This document shows, one piece after another, positions 22,501-26,863 of a stretch of 64,000 bases of DNA. Position 1 is the first letter of the stretch; each line of letters opens with the position of its first letter. The DNA is from a virus: IMG/VR virus record IMGVR_UViG_3300035670_000127, positions 1 through 64,000 of that record; one strand, given 5' to 3'. The notes below the pieces were generated by a model. The model ran no database searches. It had not been told where the DNA came from and was given only the letters and a program-made list of their open reading frames with translations. A program made the position numbers and the translations under genes.

Positions 22501-22686
22501 AGCCACTTCTTTAGCATTAGCCACAGCCGCGTTAGAGGAGGCCGCGGCGATTTTCGCCATCTCCTTTAAATAGCCTGCTATTTCTTTTAAAGAATCGAGT
22601 AATTCGTTATTTGCTTTTGATACGTTGCCAGTGTCGGCCTGAAACTTAACACTGACTACCATTGTGCTATTGCTTGCCGTGCTCAT
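1528..22686 (-). CDS. Giant phage tail tape measure protein (7,052 aa) with TP901-type core, SLT-like and NlpC/P60-like domains
   Basis: N-terminal TMP core (FESRMSTIAAVS...FSATQVGDAGLNLARAGF...LPGVLNLASA...ELGESMKYSAP); three (D/N)AKEGP motifs; Trp-periodic repeats; LESSFNANV..GLFQF..AHNQGAGG (SLT-like); IDCSGWV..IDHI (NlpC/P60-like); C-terminal PSFDVGTPYV..VHKGEIII, typical of TMP ends. Confidence 0.92.
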   Translation of the reverse strand: MSTASNSTMVVSVKFQADTGNVSKANNELLDSLKEIAGYLKEMAKIAAASSNAAVANAKEVANANRQSSEEIKKQSGLLTGTKEKMADVNKQLKEVAGGFTAIKDSATDSLKPLTSLNSKIKDFSNGVKESFKDSINSIGQFAFSIKNIIDSVSQMAEPFKKVVVIGSEFESRMSTIAAVSDATDQQLSMLGGGMRDLAKASVFSATQVGDAGLNLARAGFTVNETMSALPGVLNLASASGEDLATSSEIAAKMLRAFGLETKESTMVADLFAKAANASNVGVGELGESMKYSAPVFAAANQSIQTLTAATSMLANVAIGDTTGGTALRMAMLRLAGPTDKAAETIGGLGLKVSDSKGKIRDFADIMADLNKVTEKMTDADKLDTFKTLFGVEATPAMLELAKKSKEFEKTVIQGGKAVKVMTTEFKEFRTTVTDSTGFADRASKKMLDNLKGDWNQLTGNMEEMALSIFDIVVPILRPIVRLGTASIQAIVDVIQSVVPVITAFKDGFLAGIEPIQLAFEGLFDALAPSIKILSEAFAPLSNELSKLFGETEPLMVFGATAYALGTVLGKVVSIGIVPLVEGIKLFTPVIFLAVSSINSLIQSVAYLAAQFSLAMNFSFLDQIEQNLSTLMMIDMSSAGRALVTTFASGIAQAGKDIYDSVLSIFNYVANLFPHSNAKEGPFSTLYESGEALIETMLAGIRSQGREFNNVVRDLFASVSEYWHPTFAEVSVTENLNRSLNEIKIWSDTAINFFNQLDTTQKVVISGLLIGLSGVTLSVFAEGYIIAIANMVIHSQRLATAIQLTRVAIATAFLSIRNLVILSAQSILASLTTVGAIITEIYLARVIPVLSKFASIWPKISYAVRNFWDETAEVTALYWATISKSFNAAIIAPFLERINALQTKVKSIFIGFQEATQGMSIAQKIGFAFNKVSDVIGGIFSQIAFMVHDKLSVVINYFKESIPVAISFTTKKIESLGISMQMTADTVIKATAINASAFIALGQSFGLIKEDAVGAENGVKGIAKASQELVMEQDPIFSKDQLKLIKSLGNELINIALIAGGKFSWGLLYNGIQAVWAFKTEIGDAISGIIKWWKDLDSMSKIAIASIAGIAAFVPVFMTLVPLLLKATNPLTLVLSFIPTALGALANYKDEVKAFIETIKQNGISEIGRALGDLITRGLVSLFGDFGQSIGGGITSGLEWALQKVEDLGKPAAVALAAVFAGALSYGISSAITSSIKKAMTKNKGGGMQGLPMGQQSQQQAPVPPPPPPQRSGGRRSADETVSIWRRAWTAISTFATTQMNRVWTAFKNSSAVVAMQGYMQRMWVVASAYPIRFWESFKLSAKAALAGVGQMLQRSMTVMGATFVNLWNTAWLKFKAMGTAAIAGFKPFMLNLWNASMTRIPVLWASFTQSATVAARSTGMVLQRMFVVGTVGGSILWQGFKTKALATITTTSTYLSASYQRLSPNIQSLWTRFRQQAALATTSATGFIQRMWIAGSAHSTILFSSFVTKLKTATSGGVGLLNRMWVAGSGLMINTWASFKTMGTAAIATTTGLLNRSLTVASASTVNFWARFRGLAAPAIAPVSGFIGRAFTAASAYTANFWARFTTQGEVAAATTGSRLSGMLGKKSAIMTAAVAGTVGLTMFSSQDASASEMGMLPDNSAQTQQTQANLESAFDLSKIKEKFKRDFEEMLASFGLLQPLTDGFALAMENLEVVGMGAFTAISMGLVSLGGAFTAVSTAAGGLAAFFVGWQIGSFLYSQFTVVQDSAIAVVGVFIEFGRAVSEAIQIAVTAVANFRFADFANGLLTSFQNLPAGISQVTGSLNEMWRGLGDVLMAPANLFSDLTRIVGTMIGDVTAAISSGNFGDAALALITGLVKGIWSVASNLTSAVLGLVKMAISAILPESWYQSGVGLLTAFWGGIKSAGKAVYDAVAGVFSYIWNLFPNSDAKEGPFSQLVASGSGLVKAFVNGILSVPTLIVDAVTGLFTAVTNYLSGIDWIGQGTQIINKLKTSIAGGASLLIESAREVFDGVLNYITSIDFAESGRKLIATIGTGIKEGATQLTQTVSDSLTAVRQYLPFSDAKEGPLSDLTKSGQSIPATLAEGVSQNSGALVGSVQDMATQTGTALTGLTEASSASVSALQADVDGAKQALEAAKAQAQAASDKVFEIQQKIAETSSRREKKQIKSTELVEARKVAHEAKQAVRELGEVYKQKNEALKESGAAARQMEKANIEAAKDSAREIKDSLRDQASDLLKLADKYKEVTKVAEDYAKQLKGSYETVSNARDELAISGFTDQQRDTFQTVKDQGVEYGPQIAQVKLLANANQELTAAKNELAKATMTESQARLFDLQQKYPEQIALEISQTQELAERKKALSEMQKQLSESTLSDKQTEYLEIMRKVGVEEGQRIIQSRQSANVQKQALEDQKKSLEVLREKAGGYFDSFSSGQMSAKSALKSFFKDVLKSQQEALQNKAKEKFLGLFGLGKENANSSVQRDMDKATQFLAKSGEQVGKASNSAAGTIAKAVNEAGERIGKTVDKLGADVNEAIQKAATLASKAESLEQSAANLKEAASDVLVGRAGRGGGSVVGSQSVAGVTPSAITTSSKEVVSTNKEIISANQKYVKVTDEVASALEGAAKKFNYSLLELSRMASLESSFNANVKNSSGYMGLFQFKGAASKEVGISGKEYDPRAAAEGAIKYWEINQKTLDKFSKGWRETAEKMNINEGLKAWMAHNQGAGGLSQILKTLTTGVNHLSSEVTRNVKKNLVGGEGKGLSGVALAEKYIQGWIGKWNKLPLPSQFKDDFQGEVSKGVVTVTAKAAEESTKVVTKAIKGSPSHTQPTGGGVAIHDSTLDVLSETTNKYIQKGVSYQLGAKNIELGKIDCSGWVSLLTKTAFENINQQAGEVVFDKADMKLLQDSSHNIIQNIVDKTGTLIDSRKTGDFKGQLREGMMIGLDKGDHGWDRGRVRAGSDIDKNIDHIVQVTVDKVTGKMGISESHSIRQGGKQVGGVAWTELDKWLAQNKKATMFATDPFKLAAKDVQEALGGVSKAAQTQAQTQVAATDLQKQSSEKHAQTVLAAANASADASKAQATAQQELAAVEATLGATKVSTAASFDQAMAAVEASRVASITQDTVAMTTHAGSTQTAGEAIVQTTGDATKQVADIADQAKEGLSQAAGQCLAEATNNPVIEKAADLKEATDVAKDACEGKSGGIMDMFKGITDGVKGFFGNMASSIGNLFGGAGGKSEGFLSSITSGIGSLFGGGKEGGGFMSTITKGIGSLFSGGGEGGGFMSSITKGIGSLFGGGGKEGGGLMSSIGSLLGGKGDLAGTLTKSLGGLMGGTEEAGKFISGLSGQLGSLTGSFGEVGKGISSLLGGGSTPGMSALSAATSLLSGDMAGAAAGAAQLLGSMTPLGPIGGMIAGKLVSLSGIGAKWVREAEWVEVSMKGMSASFGKGFKETKKGWLGGSKMGHESLDDASVKKLSDMLGETKKSIEAVSESLGMDKNGLLGKMDNFRYHIAAMENKGPEWFDKAFEKMRVMMVKSAVDNIMVAGEDIETNLGGGFKNTFKQVLDGTFSEAARAETWDGVLTKFVASADTAVKGGLQDDVSAKLGERLTEFVNASAEQMKGMPIDELQGTLTGEIGKIFTDLTGIALPESISGELAEVFATRIQDAVKLASGEEVTGETIIKDKGEAGFYKTLKSMVSSFEGTEQELTAFIGKMMETKEVFKQTGLNMGVFSEDLVKGFGDMDKFSASLGFFKDNFASVSGTNLEFSNSLTGLNTSLKEIQSQTLPGINTAFPQTREEFFKLTQSVSELGKDGEATFSALLKGAPQFANYYKAIEDFNQKFGGTSGTSLKQQAKKATDLNQSIGNSFKSLGLEVPKTRKGLFDLVQGFDLTNESQRNLHDSILKLAPALDELYANSEQVDKFRDSMRGIYDSTGGAEKTIRDLAKEFPNLNLGTSALTLNTKEAARQLATMSEGELMAWAESMGLTGLSIEDITQKTTDYLNASSELQTNIGSFKDEMHKLATGATDNEAALTKLKDKYPQLSESLENAGMTATQVAGFFDQMSPEELQGMADALGVTVETLMADTQTYIGILQEQSNMFSNINGESLGGDLMKVLTDANVGSAAEAGKMFADNFTSQFYNQMISTVLNGVMQTIYQGVVEPFLSSSAQAAMNITEGGAMAGTNLADAGALAGTNLADASLVSTSNLTTGSTVAATNLIESGTMSATNVATGGTVAGAAVSTGGLLAADALAAIVADAKQKIQVMGQVMSELKSSGALDQIGQTFSTVGETAYNTINQSPAAPYIFQARNEKTASEAAKEAEESDKASAKEAEKQAKEEAREAEKQAKEEEKRAKEEAREQEAAAKKEAQEAAKAAAKNLDDFRSGVKMMSLGLEGNAKVMYELNQVYGQTSAAQYLNADSSKELMASFQNMSIEELQAIATATGQEVSKVTGDFLGLVDMMKQSEKAMGEFRNKMAVTAGTTTEYQLTLDRMKESYPSLTALFADQSVTSKELATQLSTMNDGQLESLAASLGVTVEQLLADGEAYVGALKAQEEAMKSFRDSLQEFAAPEKVGKQQTINQLDSEFAGLGLAAKAMTLDTKEAAKAMLAMPDDQLVAFAEQYGLTTDQLKEKTTAYFGAVNELQQGMDSWRDKMGQMATGESDASLNVKNLSQKSPYLTDLTQGMDAKGMAKFFSAMDNTQIEQLANQYGVSVEKFEADTESWVNSTKTIEEDTKNLAQGFIEFRTKMSQIASGTTDAQVSIEKLAGTYSGFSEVQGKSSKELATYFSTMSDADIASAAVRFGVTTDQFKADAETLVSSTQSIEEATKTQAEEAKAQAASMREFRDSLAIMSGSMTENEVSLKNLSDKYPALSGIINDSSLTAKEAAERFNSLSDDELKALAASLGTDFDTLKADASTWLGVVKSQDEALKESTKSIADFQNEMRKTAGVANDSQVTMEGLTAKYPMLSSAINDSSMTAKEAATQFATMDMEALMDQLGIYGEKRAEFLADSQAWVGAMAANDEAVKSNREAMVSYTETMLKATGTYGDNDIALKNLTASYPTLASTINSSSMSAKDAATYFSSLSDTEFESLAKSLNKTTDELRTDSTTWVNTMAANEESFNSFHSAMLKLGQGMTDNEVTLNGLADKYPSLSQQILNSGQTAQQAATQFANMSDADLDALAASLGVTTDVLKADIQSFVSTLPTTDIFASLRTGLDDLINPLTGAEKTITDLANKYPALNLATNAMGVNVTEAATAIKSMTDEEVAQWATGNGIAADEAKEATLAYLGAVKELQGQIGSFKDRMHQLATGMTDNEATMDKLKSKYPSLADSLSKVGVTAQEVGKQFDSMNEQQIADMAKSLNVSVETLMADVDSYIGVLNAQAEETKAQAEKMTSFRDEMSKLGGVMSANELVMSKLTTQFPGLITNMQALGGNSKDAATQLAKLDDKQLADMAAASKMTTDQFLENATTYINTLASQEEETKSAINSVKGMQNEFKKMTSGMTDSQFAISEVTSKYPGLISSLGLSGKTAEEVAGQFASMAPDKVVEMAKGLGVSTDEFIGDVNSYVGALKQMGDEAKAITDSLNGFKDEMDRMGSSLKDADYTIQKTAKDYPSLTGAITSLGRDSKSMANALANMDTGRLESMAKSAGVTVDEFINSTKGYISAVKSNEEETAKLAEEAAEKAKQEAEKAAEEAKKKAEAAEAEVMKQIDKFFDVFNKLADKMTSLSDNLVSDIQSFDTQSESLQANRRAAQMKTLQASLNDLQSFDLAKEVTKESPKAIEKAVEDLGKYRKLVMDESKYKIEAINKEKEATQKAHEEIIGEFNKLVDSLGGTLSAIGDDIDKINTDLNQTSSKVALRDKARGEFAQASAVSLQSTQSITQPLQLSKPVELDAEAIRDAGLTVADLQKNSAALAVSGEAAVQSIKAAQEASRLSIEDGKQAVKLGEEYRKAILAALEQEIDGINKAHEATQKKIEEARDKQVESIEKTRDEAIKALEKESEEKQKTAEKQQDAAKKLREEIEKIQDAVASFKDSLATDIEKLAKDMSLAGTSTAEKLAAIQDSISQNMPVTEASVKKLEEYKSLVLESLNEQIEAENKRFEEVQKTQQTQRDHYKKLIDFSKQLKGFLDDLKLGELSTFNPAKRLEEARRQYEETMRLAKGGDETAMGEVSGKAQAYLKEAQSYYASSDDYAKIFDDVNENVEGMRSEAEKQAAEIAKVVPIDETETGKAVANLLPLQQAAYDKLQAVDSILGVMDRDLTGQLANPAATPIPDEQFTAMQESQKEHFTKLIESQKTDTDKLIEQTKTDADKQIQADRENSDKQINGLREAARDELQKLDTSLVAMKVAFEAEAAKTFDDTAFAVEISAVQQASLGQLIQLGNYLVAMDMGIKDSLNSNISALMTQLSPEKQLEVAQRLDEAMQRNITGPLRELIGAVKGEKVKAEIATKEKGFANNQTAIDNAVAAFADFRGFATKNNINASFDEIFDKLAKYSTQKRGTNGDYDYSGSIDNEGIKKMLQSDYGFKGDDMGGLGTAMERLLVDRKDTDWDSFWPNFKANYLQTNKEFLAAFQAKQDDAKAIDLAKYRELNLAITGLSTGLSQMGSATVNKGRTESELYTAMDKRSTQLMIDAKGIDVKIDTYDSFLKAKETLEGLKKSLMGVTDLKADLDGLNGKLATTKSTLSTIPKVDIAGFTSANVGTMKATSIQDYLAQLPQSQATPAALTSTATGISNVANTAVKAGIGSSPVSIGGSVSSSGAKDIIIKLDNLFIQWKDLTKVQRDDDLKSNEKLRKEATEQTLKWRDEDVKSRDFVIETEGQRWATWRAEELAWRGEDLAAVAMQDAVRLMWRNEDLTTALMWHYEAGKYQKSLSDLHQYEWNFTTERDLAFHNELVEAINGISISVTQAALPATETEDEQKGKEGSSSDVPSFDVGTPYVAKDMPANVHKGEIIIDPEAAGYLRKYGIRAQANESGQTGNSKRIEELLTALLTELKMGNQSGERRDSMIANAVNNMGNTVAAPVVAALKKGQQPTLIRK

Positions 22687-22810
22687 AGGTTCACCTGTCT
22701 TAGGGTTGCGTTTTAAATGATGTCCTTACTCTATAATTGTAATGTGCATTAATCACAAGAAAGAGGCTTTGACAAGATAAGTTTTAGGGTGAAAAAACTA
22801 ACCTATTTTT

Positions 22811-22839
22811 TTGACAATAAACTAAGGCTTTGCTAGTAT
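22811..22839 (+). promoter_or_regulatory. sigma70-type promoter
   Basis: TTGACA-17 nt-TAGTAT with a TGn extended -10, upstream of ORF 22914. Confidence 0.65.
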
Positions 22840-22913
22840 TATAGACTATATACTACTCCCTTTTTAAGGTGATTAGTAACCACTAACTTTGCACTTAACA
22901 AGAGGTACGCAAA

Positions 22914-23156
22914 ATGACACAAAACGAAAATACGGTGGGCTTACGCCTGACAGGTAAAACCGACCCTTTGATAAGGGAGGCAATGAGACAATTGAATGCG
23001 ACTGGACTCAGTATAGACTGGGACGATAAACCGCAACGAGAGAGTCATTACAGCTATATCGTTGGCCGACTGGCTTTGGATGGTGACTTCGGTAACGAGT
23101 CGCCACTACCCACTTATCAATTAAGACCTGAAATATTTCACGGGGCGAGGGTATAG
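22914..23156 (+). CDS. Small hypothetical protein, possibly ribbon-helix-helix-like DNA binding
   Basis: GAGG RBS and promoter upstream; N-terminal alternating strand VGLRL followed by helices. Confidence 0.5.
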   Translation: MTQNENTVGLRLTGKTDPLIREAMRQLNATGLSIDWDDKPQRESHYSYIVGRLALDGDFGNESPLPTYQLRPEIFHGARV

Positions 23157-23160
23157 GGTT

Positions 23161-23349
23161 ATGGAATTGGGTAAATCGAATTCAGCTCCTGTCGGCAGTT
23201 TAAGCGCTTTGGAACTTGAGATAGAGGGGTTAGAGGCGTTAGCACGTCGCCTTGCTAATTTGGAGTTGCTTATCAAGTCTCAATTAGACTTCCTGACAGA
23301 CGCGACGTCGCGCTTTTTGGAGGTGGAGAGGCAACGCGGTGAGAGGTAA
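23161..23349 (+). CDS. Small coiled-coil hypothetical protein
   Basis: Starts 4 bp after the previous stop; leucine heptad pattern. Confidence 0.5.
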   Translation: MELGKSNSAPVGSLSALELEIEGLEALARRLANLELLIKSQLDFLTDATSRFLEVERQRGER

Positions 23350-23353
23350 AAAG

Positions 23354-23392
23354 ACGCGGGCAGTAAAGAGGATTTAAGAAATCTGCCCGCGT
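23354..23392. terminator. Hairpin after ORF 23161 (possible terminator)
   Basis: ACGCGGGCAG and CTGCCCGCGT form a 10-bp stem with a 19-nt loop; no clear U tract on the + strand. Confidence 0.35.
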
Positions 23393-23519
23393 TATACAAT
23401 ATCAAAATGATGTTCACGAGGTGTACGTTGGCAATATGGGGTTGCAGTGCATAAATATCAATCCATATCTAGTTTAAATCTAGTTACTGAATTTATTTTA
23501 ACTTTTTTTCAAAAAAGAC

Positions 23520-23548
23520 TTGCATTTGTTTTTAGGAGGTGCTAGCAT
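23520..23548 (+). promoter_or_regulatory. sigma70-type promoter upstream of iscB
   Basis: TTGCAT-17 nt-TAGCAT with a TGn extension, the same design as the 22811 promoter. Confidence 0.55.
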
Positions 23549-23558
23549 AAACCACAGC

Positions 23559-23584
23559 ATAACATTGGCGAGGAGACCATTACC
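23559..23584 (+). ncRNA. Probable 3' remnant of an IscB omega RNA
   Basis: ATAACATTGGCGAGGAGACCATTACC immediately before iscB resembles, from recall, the conserved 3' end of IscB-associated omega RNAs. The upstream scaffold is not recognisable. Confidence 0.45.
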
Positions 23585-23599
23585 TTTTTTATAAAGTGT

Positions 23600-25007
23600 A
23601 TGAATCAAGAAACATTAGTATTTACCACCTCTCCTAAAAAAGAGGTTAAAGTTAATCGGCCGGCCGTGTATGAAGCGGGGCCGATAGGTGGAGTATTTCT
23701 ACTTAACCATGATAAGTCACCATTGATACCAGTCACCAATGACAGGGCGCGGTGGCTGTTAGATAACAAACAGGCCGCTGTTTATCGGCGCTATCCATTT
23801 ACTCTCATACTGAATAAGAGTCACCAATCCCTTGAACAAGCGTACCCAATCGAGTTCAAAGTTGACCCAGGTAGCAAAACAACTGGATTGGCTTTGGTTG
23901 CCTACATCGATGGAAAATATACCGTCATTTGGGCGGCGAATCTAAGGCATAGAGGTGATATTAAAAGTGGACTGGAATCCCGTCTGTCAATTCGACGTGG
24001 GAGACGCAACCGACATACTCGTTATCGCCCGGCGCGGTTTATGAATAGGGTAGGTTCTAAAAAGGAGGGTTGGTTAGCACTGTCATTGTTATCAAGGGTG
24101 CGTAACGTAGCCAACTGGTTAACGAAGCTAAGAAAGTACGTCCCCATCACTAGCGTCGCAGTGGAATCTGTGCGATTCGATATGCAAAAACTACGCAACC
24201 CAGAGATTAACGGGGTTGGCTATCAACAAGGCGAGTTAATGGGGTACGAGGTACGAGAGTATCTACTTGAAAAGTTTAATCGCAAGTGTGCTTATTGTGG
24301 AAAGGATGGCGTCAAAGAGAAGGGCGTCAAATTACAGATAGAACACGTCACCCCAAGGTCAAGAGGAGGCGCAGACTCAGTTTCCAACCTCGTCATTGCG
24401 TGTCAAAAATGCAATCAGAAAAAGGGGTCGCAGTCCATTGAGGAGTTTTTAGCAAGCCGCACCGACGACCTTAAAAAAAAATCAAGACCCAGTTAAAGAC
24501 ACCTTTGAAAGACGCGGCGGCGGTAAATGCAACCCGTTATAAAATTTTAGAGGTGTTGAAACAAAGCGGCCTACCAGTGACAGACTGGACTGGGGTGCGG
24601 ACGAAAATGAATCGCATTAAACAAGGCTACCCTAAAGACCATTGGATTGATGCCGTTTGTGTGGGTGAGACTGGGGAGGCTGTTAGCATCCCTGATTCTT
24701 TAAAACCATTGCAAATCAAGGCAATGGGGCGAGGCAATCGTTTAATGCAAAGCCATGATGCTTACGGGTTTCCTAATAAGAAACCTAATAACAAAGCCAA
24801 GCGAGTGCATGGGATACAGACGGGGATATAGTGGAAGTGGAAGGGGTAACCGGACGAGTATCTGCTATTTCAGTCAACTCGCACTCTGTCAGCATCCCAG
24901 TCGATGGTAAACGTAAATCCTTCTCTCTTAGAAAAAGAGAGGCTAAAATTATACAACGGACTGATGGGTATAAGTACGATAGAATTAAGCAAGTGCCCTT
25001 TTTGTAA
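23600..25007 (+). pseudogene. iscB: IscB (IS200/IS605 OMEGA RNA-guided nuclease) with two frameshifts
   Basis: PLMP-like PLIP..RARWLL..RRYPFT; RuvC-I VDPGSKTTG; bridge helix RRGRRNRHTRYRPARF; RuvC-II VESVRFDMQ; HNH EHVTPRSRGGADSVSNLVIACQKCN; RuvC-III HWIDA. Frame breaks occur at the A9 run (24473-24481) and the G4 run (24822-24825). The repaired frame reads ..KIKTQLKTPLKDAAAVN.. and ..QTGDIV..QRTDGYKY..stop at 25007. Confidence 0.9.
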
Positions 25008-25203
25008 AGAGGGCGTAATGACGAGGCGTGTTATATAGGGAACGCATACCTATAAAGGTCGCAGTATCACGGTGGATCAACCGGGTGAGTTTTGCAACCT
25101 TTGTGAAGAGGGTATTCTAAATGGTGATGATTTAAAATCCACCTCTGAAATTATTGTGGAGTTTCAGAGGGTAGTGGACGAGGGTAAAGCAACTTTAACT
25201 TGA
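24964..25203 (+). pseudogene. MqsA/YgiT-type zinc-finger protein with an in-frame TAG
   Basis: Hand translation gives MGISTIELSKCPFCKEGVMTRRVI*GTHTYKGRSITVDQPGEFCNLCEEGILNGDDLK..., with two CxxC motifs and TAG at 25036-25038. There is no C-terminal HTH. Confidence 0.7.
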
Positions 25204-25254
25204 GTTAAGGAGGTGTAGTAATCAGCTAGTTATTGTCTATTTTTTAACCCAGTG

Positions 25255-25290
25255 CGGACGCCATATTTAACTGCCCATGGCGTCCGTTTT
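25255..25290 (+). terminator. Rho-independent terminator
   Basis: CGGACGCCAT and ATGGCGTCCG stem followed by TTTT. Confidence 0.6.
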
Positions 25291-25294
25291 ATAG

Positions 25295-25348
25295 GTTAAG
25301 AAGTGCGTCCCTCAATTAGGATTCATGCGGGTTGAGGAGGTGGGAAGG
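25295..25348 (+). repeat. ~54-bp imperfect direct repeat, copy 1 (left of the HAD gene)
   Basis: GTTAAGAAGT..CCTCAA..ATGCGGGTTGAGGAGGTG.GAAGG; shares 18 consecutive identical nt with 26013-26066. Confidence 0.7.
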
Positions 25349-25389
25349 AGGAGGGTTTGAGGGTTAAGAAGAATGAAAGGTAAGAAATT

Positions 25390-26010
25390 ATGAATGTAAA
25401 AAACTATGCAAGAATACTCTACTTTGGAAAGTATATATCTGTATTTTGCGATAGAGAGTGTCCACCAGACGACCATACATTTGAAGGGCGAGATGGGCGA
25501 CCTGAAACTCCAGACTCATTCCCGAACAAATGGTGTGTGAGACGGTGTGGGAAATGCGTTCTTTGCTATTTACATATCTTTGATGCGGATGGTACGTTAC
25601 GCCGTGCGAAGTCAAATTCGTTTGCGCCGTCCAGTCCGGATGATTGGGAGCTTTTACCGGGGGTCAGGAAATGGTTTATAGATAATAAACCATTATGGGG
25701 GATTGCAAGCAATCAAGGAGGTGTTGCTTTTGGAAAGGTGAAGAGTGAATACGCTTATGAAGCACTGCAAAGAACAGCAGCTTCATTAGGAGGGTTACCA
25801 AATGAGGCTATTCGTATGGAAACTTCCTTTGATAAAAGGAATCCACGACGCAAACCAAATCCATGGATGTTGGTAGAGTTAATAGAACACTACAATATAT
25901 CGTCCGAGAGGACATTGATGGTTGGTGATATGGAAAGTGATAAACAGGCGGCGGAAGCTGCTGGTTGTCATTACATTCATCCAAGAGATTTGTTTGGATG
26001 GGAAAATTGA
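25390..26010 (+). CDS. HAD-IIIA family phosphatase (GmhB/PNKP-3'-phosphatase-like) with a Cys-containing N-terminal extension
   Basis: IFDADGTL (DxD), SNQGGV, RRKPNPWM and MVGDMESDKQAA motifs. Confidence 0.85.
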   Translation: MNVKNYARILYFGKYISVFCDRECPPDDHTFEGRDGRPETPDSFPNKWCVRRCGKCVLCYLHIFDADGTLRRAKSNSFAPSSPDDWELLPGVRKWFIDNKPLWGIASNQGGVAFGKVKSEYAYEALQRTAASLGGLPNEAIRMETSFDKRNPRRKPNPWMLVELIEHYNISSERTLMVGDMESDKQAAEAAGCHYIHPRDLFGWEN

Positions 26011-26012
26011 AA

Positions 26013-26066
26013 GTTAAGAAGTACCTCCTCAAGCCTCTATTTATGCGGGTTGAGGAGGTGAGAAGG
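26013..26066 (+). repeat. ~54-bp imperfect direct repeat, copy 2; contains an ACCTCCTCAA/TTGAGGAGGT hairpin
   Basis: Direct comparison with 25295-25348. Confidence 0.7.
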
Positions 26067-26099
26067 GAGTTAATCTAAGCGTTATTTCAAAGGTGACAC

Positions 26100-26480
26100 A
26101 TGAATTTAAAATCGGAAAGAAAGAGGGTGAAAAAGTTAGATTTTCAAATAAATGAAAGAAGAATGTTGGATGCTTACGAATTACATTTTAAATCATCTGG
26201 TTCTGACATATTCCTGTTTGATACACCTAGTAAAGAACTTGCATTCGCCGCTGAACTTATTGCAAACACCTATAGGGTTGGGGAAGGGAGGTATGAGGTC
26301 AGCGTAAATACTGACACAGACCGATACATAGTTTGCCCAAAGGAGTGGGTGAGTGAAGTCGATGTGGTGGATGTTGATTCTCTTGAAAAAACGGGAACGG
26401 AAGCAATTCTGAAAGTTAAGGAGCACCTACCTAAAACGAAGATTAGAATTGATGAGAGAATGCGTATCATATTTTTTTAG
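26100..26480 (+). CDS. Hypothetical protein
   Basis: AAGGTG RBS; operon-like position. Confidence 0.6.
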   Translation: MNLKSERKRVKKLDFQINERRMLDAYELHFKSSGSDIFLFDTPSKELAFAAELIANTYRVGEGRYEVSVNTDTDRYIVCPKEWVSEVDVVDVDSLEKTGTEAILKVKEHLPKTKIRIDERMRIIFF

Positions 26481-26503
26481 ACTATCCGAAGAAGGAATTA
26501 ATT

Positions 26504-26863
26504 ATGCCAACTAAACAAAGGTCAATTGGAATCAATCCCCTTTATGAAACTATAGATAAGGTACTCTATGAAGCCCTTACTTCTTTACAGGAAGGCGGAC
26601 TGATTTATGGGGAGGAACTTTTTAAAAAACTACAAAAAACCGAGGCGTTCAAGGGAGTTAGAAAGACTCAAAAAACCCTCTTAGGAATGGTTAGCCGTTC
26701 CTACAAAAGGGGACGGGCGGCTGGTCAATTCAAAGGAGTGGATAAAATAAATGTGAGGTTGTACAATATCAATGGTACTGTGTCCAATATCGTTGCTTAC
26801 GAAAGAGGAATAATCAATGAATCAGATTCAAATGTGGCAGACTCAGTTCCTGACGGTGGATAG
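26504..26863 (+). CDS. Hypothetical basic protein
   Basis: AAGGA RBS; overlaps the start of the helicase. Confidence 0.6.
   Translation: MPTKQRSIGINPLYETIDKVLYEALTSLQEGGLIYGEELFKKLQKTEAFKGVRKTQKTLLGMVSRSYKRGRAAGQFKGVDKINVRLYNINGTVSNIVAYERGIINESDSNVADSVPDGG

Noticed and set aside
1415-22573. Many plus-strand ORFs (up to 265 aa) opposite the TMP
   Set aside because: Antisense shadows of a long, biased coding frame; Ser/Ala/Pro-rich with no recognisable motifs.
24473-24825. Systematic homopolymer sequencing error as the cause of the iscB frameshifts
   Set aside because: Long genes elsewhere with homopolymer runs are intact, so local decay is more likely. Not fully excluded without reads.
24829-25038. 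Possible TAG stop-codon reassignment, suggested by TAGs in iscB and the zinc-finger gene
   Set aside because: The 7,052-codon TMP has no in-frame TAG, several genes end sensibly at TAG, and the iscB break is a frameshift rather than readthrough.
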